Shown piece after piece: positions 42,493 to 48,240 of a DNA stretch of 48,240 nucleotides. The stretch comes from Paracoccaceae bacterium. Lineage in GTDB: Bacteria; Pseudomonadota; Alphaproteobacteria; Rhodobacterales; Rhodobacteraceae. Every line of letters starts with the position of its first letter. The first letter of the stretch is position 1. The stretch is taken from positions 1-48,240 of the forward strand of contig DAOUQK010000001.1 in assembly GCA_030625695.1 (NCBI GenBank), written 5' to 3'. Under the pieces are notes generated by a model that did not search any database, had not been told where the DNA came from, and saw only the letters and a list, made by a program, of their open reading frames with translations. The translations under genes were made by a program, and so were the position numbers.

Positions 42493-43803
42493 CTAGCGAA
42501 ATGACCGCGCCGTTTCCGGCAACCAAAGGGCAATGTCGGGGATCAGGAACACCGCGATGATCAGCAGGATTTGCGCCAGAACAAACGGCATCACCCCGGC
42601 ATAGATCGACGACAGGCTAACATGCGGCGCCATGCCTTTGATCACAAACACATTCATGCCAATGGGCGGGGTGATCAGGCCCAGTTCGACCACCATCACC
42701 ACGATCACGCCGAACCAGACCGGATCAAACCCAAGGCCGGTCACGATCGGAAAGAAGATTGGCACGGTCAAAAGGATCATCGCCAAGGCGTCCAGAAACG
42801 CGCCCATCACCAGATACATCAGCAGGATAATCGCCATGATCGCAGTCGGCGACATTTCCAGCCCGCCAACAAAGCCCGAAAGCGCGCCGGCAATGCCGGA
42901 GAACACCATCAGGTTGTTCAGGGTCAGTGCCCCGATCAGGATGGCAAATATCATCGCCGAGGTTTGCACCGTTTCCAGCAACGCCTCTTTGGTGTTGGCC
43001 ACTGTCAGACGCCCCCGCATGGCCGAGATGATGAAGGCGAATGTGGCGCCGACGCCGGCCGCTTCGGTGGGGGTGAATACGCCAAAATAGATGCCGCCGA
43101 TTACCAGCACGAACAGCAGCAGGATGGCCCAGGTTTTGCTAAGTGCTGCCAGCTTTTCGCGGGTGGACTTTGGCTCTCCGGCGCTGCCGAGATGTGGCCA
43201 AATCCAGGTGACAATCGAGATCACCAGCATAAAGCCGATAACCGTCAGTACGCCGGGGATCATCCCGGCAATGAACAGATCACCAATCGAGGTTTCGGTC
43301 AGGATGCCATACAGCACCAGCACCACAGACGGCGGGATCAGGATGCCGATGATACCACCGGCCGCGACGGACCCGGTGGCCAGACTGTCGGCGTATTTGT
43401 ATTTCTCCATCTCGGGCAAAGCCACCTGAGACATGGTGGCGGCCGTCGCCACGGATGACCCACATATGGCGGCAAACGCGCCGCATGCGCCGATGGTGGC
43501 CAGGGCCAGCCCGCCGCGAAACGCGCCGAACCAGGCGTTGAAGGCTTCGTATAATTCGCGGCTTAGCCCGGACCGCGACGCGACCGAGCCCATCAGCACA
43601 AACAGCGGTACAATCGACAGATCATAGGTGACGGTGGTCTCGTACACGGTCGTGCCAAACAGCGACAGGGCAGGGGACCAGCCGATGATCATCCCCATGC
43701 CGCCCAGTCCGGCCAGCCCCATGGCAAAGCCAATTGGCACGGTCATGGCCAGCAGAATGAACAGAAAGACAAAGCAAAGGGTGCCTACGGTAATCGGATC
43801 CAT
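42493..43803 (-). CDS. TRAP transporter large permease (DctM family)
   Basis: 436 aa and polytopic. GILIPPSVVLVLYGIL and TPPIGMNVFVIKGMAP are DctM hallmarks. Confidence 0.9.
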   Translation of the reverse strand: MDPITVGTLCFVFLFILLAMTVPIGFAMGLAGLGGMGMIIGWSPALSLFGTTVYETTVTYDLSIVPLFVLMGSVASRSGLSRELYEAFNAWFGAFRGGLALATIGACGAFAAICGSSVATAATMSQVALPEMEKYKYADSLATGSVAAGGIIGILIPPSVVLVLYGILTETSIGDLFIAGMIPGVLTVIGFMLVISIVTWIWPHLGSAGEPKSTREKLAALSKTWAILLLFVLVIGGIYFGVFTPTEAAGVGATFAFIISAMRGRLTVANTKEALLETVQTSAMIFAILIGALTLNNLMVFSGIAGALSGFVGGLEMSPTAIMAIILLMYLVMGAFLDALAMILLTVPIFFPIVTGLGFDPVWFGVIVVMVVELGLITPPIGMNVFVIKGMAPHVSLSSIYAGVMPFVLAQILLIIAVFLIPDIALWLPETARSFR

Positions 43804-43817
43804 GTCGCGTTATTCTT

Positions 43818-44288
43818 TCAGATTTTGGTTGCGGGGTGCAGCAACAGCCAGACGGCAAACAATGTGGTGATGCCCGAGGCCGCGGCCATGACAAACACCA
43901 CCGGTGCCACCGGCAGGAACAGGATTTGTGTCGCCAGCCCATCGGACCAGAAATTTGTCGCCCGGTCCCACAGGCGCCAGGTGATCAAGCCAAAGAAGAT
44001 GACAGCAATCAGGGCGGAAAACCCGGCCAGCCATGCGCGCGTAACACGCGGGACCATTCCGGCGACCAGATCAACCGCGATATGGCCGCGGTTCAAGGTG
44101 GTCAGGCCAAGACCAAAGAAGATCATCAACCCCATGCCAAGTTCGACCATCTCGACCGTGTAAACCAGTGGTGCGTTAAAGAAATAGCGCCCGACAACAT
44201 CGGCGAAGGTGATCAGCATCAGGCCAAGCAGGCAGAACGACGCCGCGCCAGCCATCCAGTTGGATATGCGTTTGATTGTGTTCTGCAT
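43818..44288 (-). CDS. TRAP transporter small permease (DctQ family)
   Basis: ORF 43818..44327. The preferred start is ATG 44288 (MQNTIKRISNWMAGAASF...), with a GGGGGA Shine-Dalgarno sequence upstream. About four TM segments. Confidence 0.8.
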   Translation of the reverse strand: MQNTIKRISNWMAGAASFCLLGLMLITFADVVGRYFFNAPLVYTVEMVELGMGLMIFFGLGLTTLNRGHIAVDLVAGMVPRVTRAWLAGFSALIAVIFFGLITWRLWDRATNFWSDGLATQILFLPVAPVVFVMAAASGITTLFAVWLLLHPATKI

Positions 44289-44316
44289 TTTTGGTCCCCC
44301 GGGGTCGCCAAAACAA

Positions 44317-44347
44317 GGCCGGGGCAAACTAGCAAAGTGCCCCGGCC
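44317..44347 (-). other. Intercistronic hairpin after the DctP-like gene
   Basis: GGCCGGGGCA-aactagcaaag-TGCCCCGGCC, a 10-bp GC-rich stem between the SBP stop (44370) and the DctQ-like start (44288). Confidence 0.6.
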
Positions 44348-44369
44348 CGAATTGTAGTTGGAATCCGCG

Positions 44370-45401
44370 TTACTCGCCCGCGTATTTCGCCATTGTCGCC
44401 TTTAGGTCGGCCAGCAATGCCGCACCGTCAAGCCCGGCTGCATTGGCCTTTTCGACCCATGAGTCGTTCATGAATTCGATCTTTTCGGCCCAGCGGGCCA
44501 GTTCGGCCTCGGAAAGTTGGTTGATGGTGCCATTGCTTTCAAGCGCAAACGCTTTGCCAACTGCATCGGCACGATCCCAGCCAGCGCCGAGGATACCCGC
44601 ACCTTTGATGCCGCCCAGATTGGTCAAGACCTTTTTATGTGCATCCGACAGACCTTCCCATTTGGCACGGTTCATGATGACCGCAAACGGTGTGGTGTAC
44701 AGGCCACCGGGGATTTCCAGGTGGTGGTCCAGCAATTCGCCCAGACGGAAGCCTTTGATCGATTCGAATGGGAACAGCGCGCCGTCGGCTACGCCCTTCT
44801 GGATCGCTTCATAGGCCGCAGGGGCCGGCATCGCCACGGGTGTGGCACCCAGGGCTTCGGACATGCGAACGCCGCCGCCACCAACCCGCAGTTTCACGCC
44901 CATCAGGTCTTCAAGCGTATTGATCGGCTTTTTGGTATGCACCGCACCGGGGCCGTGGACCATCAAGGTGATGACTTTGACGTCCTTGAATTCTGCGTCA
45001 AAACCGATGTTGCGGTCGTACCAGTCATAGGCCGCTTGCGACCCGGCCTCGGCGTTGGCCGACAGGAACGGCAGTTCCGCACCGCGCAGAATTTCAAACG
45101 GTCCCGGCGTATAGGCCATCACATGATAGGCCAGATCGGCGGCACCATCGCGCACCACATCATACTGACCCGGAGGCTTGGCAATCGGTGCCGGGTCCAG
45201 CTTGATCTTGAGCGTCCCGCCCGAGGCCTTTTCGATCTCGGCAAACCATTCCAGCAGCGTGTCCGCCACCAGATGGTGCTTGGGCGGCAGCCAGGTGGAC
45301 ATGCGCAATGTCACGTCTTGGGCAAACGCCATTCCGGCGCTAAGGCCAAAGGTCAGTCCGAGCGCCAAAGCCCCGGTTTTCATTAGGTTTCTACGTTTCA
45401 T
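44370..45401 (-). CDS. TRAP transporter substrate-binding protein (DctP family)
   Basis: 343 aa. Signal peptide MKRRNLMKTGALALGLTFGLSAGMAFA. The mature part reads QDVTLRMSTWLPPKHH. It is the first gene of a P-Q-M operon. Confidence 0.9.
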   Translation of the reverse strand: MKRRNLMKTGALALGLTFGLSAGMAFAQDVTLRMSTWLPPKHHLVADTLLEWFAEIEKASGGTLKIKLDPAPIAKPPGQYDVVRDGAADLAYHVMAYTPGPFEILRGAELPFLSANAEAGSQAAYDWYDRNIGFDAEFKDVKVITLMVHGPGAVHTKKPINTLEDLMGVKLRVGGGGVRMSEALGATPVAMPAPAAYEAIQKGVADGALFPFESIKGFRLGELLDHHLEIPGGLYTTPFAVIMNRAKWEGLSDAHKKVLTNLGGIKGAGILGAGWDRADAVGKAFALESNGTINQLSEAELARWAEKIEFMNDSWVEKANAAGLDGAALLADLKATMAKYAGE

Positions 45402-45470
45402 GTGAACTCCCTTTCACGTTGGTCTTTTACTTGTCACCGCTTTCATGCGGCGTTGGTTGGTTTGATATCT

Positions 45471-45926
45471 TCAGGTACGTGGATTGCATAGCTTTTTCAG
45501 CACGCGCTTAAGCATAGTCTTTTCCGAATCGGTCAGATTTTCCAGCACTTTCGTTTCATGGGCCTTGGCTGAGATCAGCAGAGGCGCGACAATCTCTTGT
45601 CCCTTCGCGGTGACAAATATTGCCATTTTGCGCCGATCCCCGGCGACCGCTTGTTTGTTCAACAGCCCGTCACTGACCATCTGGTCGATGATCTTGGTTA
45701 GACGGGATTGTTCATAAAGCACCAGTTTCGACAGGCTGGTCAGCATCAGACCGGGTTGGTCAACCACGCAGGCCAGCACCCGCCAGACGTGGATCTTGAT
45801 ACCGCTTGCCTTGACCTTGCGATGAAATTCATCCGACAGATGCTGACTGGCCGAAGCCAGTTGATACAATAGATAATCATCCACAAAAGTGGTTGGTTTG
45901 TCAGCAGGGGCAGTCATCAGCGTCAT
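45471..45926 (-). CDS. MarR-family transcriptional regulator
   Basis: ORF 45471..45971 (TTG start). The start is uncertain; ATG 45926 is used here. The winged-HTH core is LMLTSLSKLVLYEQSRLTKIIDQMVSDGLLNKQAVAGDRRKMAIFVTAKG. Confidence 0.8.
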   Translation of the reverse strand: MTLMTAPADKPTTFVDDYLLYQLASASQHLSDEFHRKVKASGIKIHVWRVLACVVDQPGLMLTSLSKLVLYEQSRLTKIIDQMVSDGLLNKQAVAGDRRKMAIFVTAKGQEIVAPLLISAKAHETKVLENLTDSEKTMLKRVLKKLCNPRT

Positions 45927-46018
45927 GGCGACGAAACAAACAGATGTCGATTGACGAGTCAATTCCTTCAACCATGAAAATATGCGATTTCATATTAATC
46001 ACCCGAATCTAGCCTCTG

Positions 46019-46047
46019 TTGACAGATGAAACTTTAAAGTTAAAAGT
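46019..46047 (+). promoter_or_regulatory. Candidate promoter with an embedded 12-bp palindrome (possible MarR operator)
   Basis: TTGACA (46019-46024) is followed by the perfect palindrome AACTTTAAAGTT (46030-46041) and an A/T-rich -10-like TAAAAG. It lies in the divergent MarR/oxygenase gap. Confidence 0.4.
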
Positions 46048-46085
46048 ATGAAAAGGAATATAGTATCTTCAGCCAAGGCGCCTAA

Positions 46086-47036
46086 ATGCTCAGACTGTCC
46101 GTAACAAATGTCGACGATGCTGCCCCCGGGGTCAGACAGATATCTCTGGCGGATAAGGATACCCTGTTGCCCGGCTACAGTGCCGGAGCGCATATCAAGA
46201 TTGACGTGCCGGGCGTGGGATTGCGGGAATATTCACTGATCAATCTGGACCCGGACCGGGAGACACAGGACGGGGTGACGTCTTATGACCTTGGGGTGCG
46301 TCTTGAAGACGACAGCACCGGCGGGTCGGTCTTCATGCACGCCCTGACGCGGGGCGATCAGGTGACATGCGAACCACCCCGGAACGATTTTCCATTGGCA
46401 GGAAACCCCAATCCCCTGCTGATTGCCGGGGGAATTGGCATTACGCCGATTGCGACGATGGCGGCGTATCTGGCCGGGCAAGGGGTGTCGTTTGATCTGC
46501 ATTATTCCGGGCGCGAGCAAGGATCACTGGCGTTTCTGGACGCCTTGACGAAGATCGCTGGTAACCATCTGACGACGCATTACGACAACACCGAAACCGC
46601 GCTTGACCTGGCGGGCCTGCTGCGCACGACATCGCCCACGCGCGACATCTATGTCTGCGGCCCCAAGGGCATGATCGAAGCCACCAAAACGGCTGCCGCG
46701 CAGGCAGGTTTCGCCGCCGACCGCATCCATTTCGAACTGTTCGCCCGTGCCACCCCCCAAACCGGGGACGTGGCGTTTGAAGTCGAGATTGCCTCAACCG
46801 GTGACGTTTACACCATCCCCGCCGACCAAAGTATCATCGAAGCACTTGAGGCGGCCGGGCTTGACCTGATGTATGACTGCCAACGCGGCGATTGCGGAAT
46901 ATGTCAGGTTGACGTGCTCTCGGGGGTGCCTGATCATCGTGATGTGGTTCTGTCGGATGATGAAAAATCCGCCGGCGACGTGATGCAAATCTGTGTATCC
47001 CGCGCCAGGTCCAAACGTCTGGTGCTGGATTTATAA
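46086..47036 (+). CDS. PDR/VanB-family oxygenase reductase (flavin/NAD-binding domain plus C-terminal plant-type [2Fe-2S])
   Basis: 316 aa. REYSL is the flavin-binding RxYS motif. LIAGGIGITP is the NAD-binding site. The C-terminal CQRGDCGICQ...C is the ferredoxin motif. Confidence 0.85.
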   Translation: MLRLSVTNVDDAAPGVRQISLADKDTLLPGYSAGAHIKIDVPGVGLREYSLINLDPDRETQDGVTSYDLGVRLEDDSTGGSVFMHALTRGDQVTCEPPRNDFPLAGNPNPLLIAGGIGITPIATMAAYLAGQGVSFDLHYSGREQGSLAFLDALTKIAGNHLTTHYDNTETALDLAGLLRTTSPTRDIYVCGPKGMIEATKTAAAQAGFAADRIHFELFARATPQTGDVAFEVEIASTGDVYTIPADQSIIEALEAAGLDLMYDCQRGDCGICQVDVLSGVPDHRDVVLSDDEKSAGDVMQICVSRARSKRLVLDL

Positions 47037-47049
47037 GGAAGGTTACGCG

Positions 47050-48240
47050 CATGAACGACCAAATCGAAAGAATTCGCGCCCTGCAACGCCCCGGCGAAGT
47101 GCACCGCGATGCCTATGTGGCCCCCGACGTGTTTGACATGGAAATGAAACATTTGTTTCGCAATGCCTGGGTCTATGTGGGCCATGCCAGTCAGATTGCC
47201 AACAAGGGCGATTATTACGCCACTCAAGTGGCCGATCAGCCGGTTTTGATGGTGCGTCATACGGATATGTCGGTGCGGGTTTTGTACAACCGCTGCCCGC
47301 ACAAAGGCACCCAGGTGGTGATTGACACGCAAGGCAACACCGGCAAATTCTTTCGCTGCCCTTATCACGCCTGGTCGTTCAAAACCGATGGCTCACTTTT
47401 GGCGGTGCCGTTGAAAAAGGGGTATCAGGATACTGAATTCAAAGGGTCCTGTGCTGCCAAGGGCATGACCCCGGTGCGTCACGTCAGGGAATACCGCGAG
47501 TTCATCTTTGCCAAAATCAACGACGAAGGCCCCGATTTCGAAGAGTTCTTTGGCGACAGCCTGTCGTCGTTGGACAACATGATCGACCGTTCCCCGGTGG
47601 GGCGGCTTGAGGTGGTCGGATCACCCTTGCGGTATGCGCACAACTGCAACTGGAAGATGCTGGTCGAAAACCAGACCGACACCTGCCATCCGATGGTCGC
47701 GCATGAAAGCAGCGCAGGCACGGTCAAAGACATCTGGAGCCGTCAGGACGAGGGCACCAAAAAGCCGATGGTGGTGGAACTGGTCCTGCCCTTTATGTCG
47801 TCATACGAGTTCTTTGAAGGCATGGGCATCCGCACCTGGGACAACGGCCATGGCCATACCGGCGTGCATCATTCGATCCATTCGGATTATTCTGACATCC
47901 CCGGCTATAGCGATCAGATGGAGGCGGCTTATGGCAAGGAACGCGCCGACGAAATCCTGAACGAAAACCGCCATAACACGGTGTATTTCCCCAATCTGAT
48001 GATCAAGGGGCCGATTCAGACCTTGCGCCTGTTCAAACCGCTTGCCGCCGATAAAACCCTGGTCGAGTCGTGGATTTTCCGGCTGGTGGACGCGCCTGAC
48101 AAACTGTTGGAACGCACGGCGATGTATAACCGGATCATCAATGCGCCGACGTCGATTGTTGGCCATGATGATCTTGAGATGTATGAGCGCGCGCAGTCCG
48201 GGCTGGCCAGCGACGGCATGGAATGGGTCAATGTGCAGCG
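47050..48240 (+). CDS. Rieske non-heme iron oxygenase alpha subunit; N-terminal 397 aa, runs off the window
   Basis: Not in the ORF track because there is no stop in the window. My translation from ATG 47050 reads MNDQIERIRALQRPGEVHRDAYV...CPHKGTQ...CPYHAWSF (Rieske motif), then NWKMLVENQTDTCHPMVAHE (mononuclear iron ligand region). The frame stays open to position 48240. Confidence 0.85.

Overview
This is a GC-rich, gene-dense chromosomal window. It looks alphaproteobacterial, possibly Rhodobacterales-like, because it has many TRAP and ABC uptake systems and a Tat-signal binding protein; that taxonomic call is inference only. I support about 50 protein-coding genes. I found no rRNA, tRNA, CRISPR array, transposase or integrase.

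Layout, left to right:
- 1-6.1 kb: a GlpA/GlpB-like flavoenzyme pair, a DeoR regulator and a TRAP transporter.
- 6.3-10.5 kb: an Fe3+/2-aminoethylphosphonate-type ABC importer.
- 10.5-15.2 kb: a Liv-type ABC importer.
- 15.3-22.1 kb: a tightly coupled eight-gene bacterial microcompartment (BMC) operon. In transcription order it encodes a glutamine-synthetase-like enzyme, BMC-P, BMC-H, an opine-dehydrogenase-like enzyme, an AdhE-type acylating aldehyde dehydrogenase, an EutL-like BMC-T, an N-terminally extended malate/lactate dehydrogenase paralogue and RidA.
- 22.2-23.3 kb: a divergent sarcosine-oxidase-like flavoenzyme.
- 23.3-27.4 kb: a GlxBCD/MgsABC-like trio of glutamate-synthase pieces, plus a class I amidotransferase and a small Cys-motif protein.
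- 27.6-28.7 kb: a GntR regulator and a PaaI thioesterase.
- 29-48 kb: apparently unrelated catabolic modules. These are a flavodoxin-like reductase and RidA; an NMT1-type ABC importer with 5'-nucleotidase-like, creatininase-family, cytosine-deaminase-like and FAD-oxidase genes; a hydratase, IlvD/Edd dehydratase and 3-hydroxyacid dehydrogenase; a second TRAP system; and MarR with a two-component Rieske oxygenase.

The main find is the metabolosome locus. It has no known signature enzyme, no PduL-type phosphotransacylase and no alcohol dehydrogenase, and it sits inside a gamma-glutamyl / N-alkylglutamate-type amine catabolic gene set. A palindromic operator, CTGTATACAG within tandem NGTATWC heptads, occurs at three promoters of this set and ties it together.

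Other structures are a four-copy REP-like palindromic repeat family, a perfect 52-bp palindrome in an AT-rich gap, and strong hairpins placed after every binding-protein gene. All family assignments come from reading motifs by eye. No searches were run.
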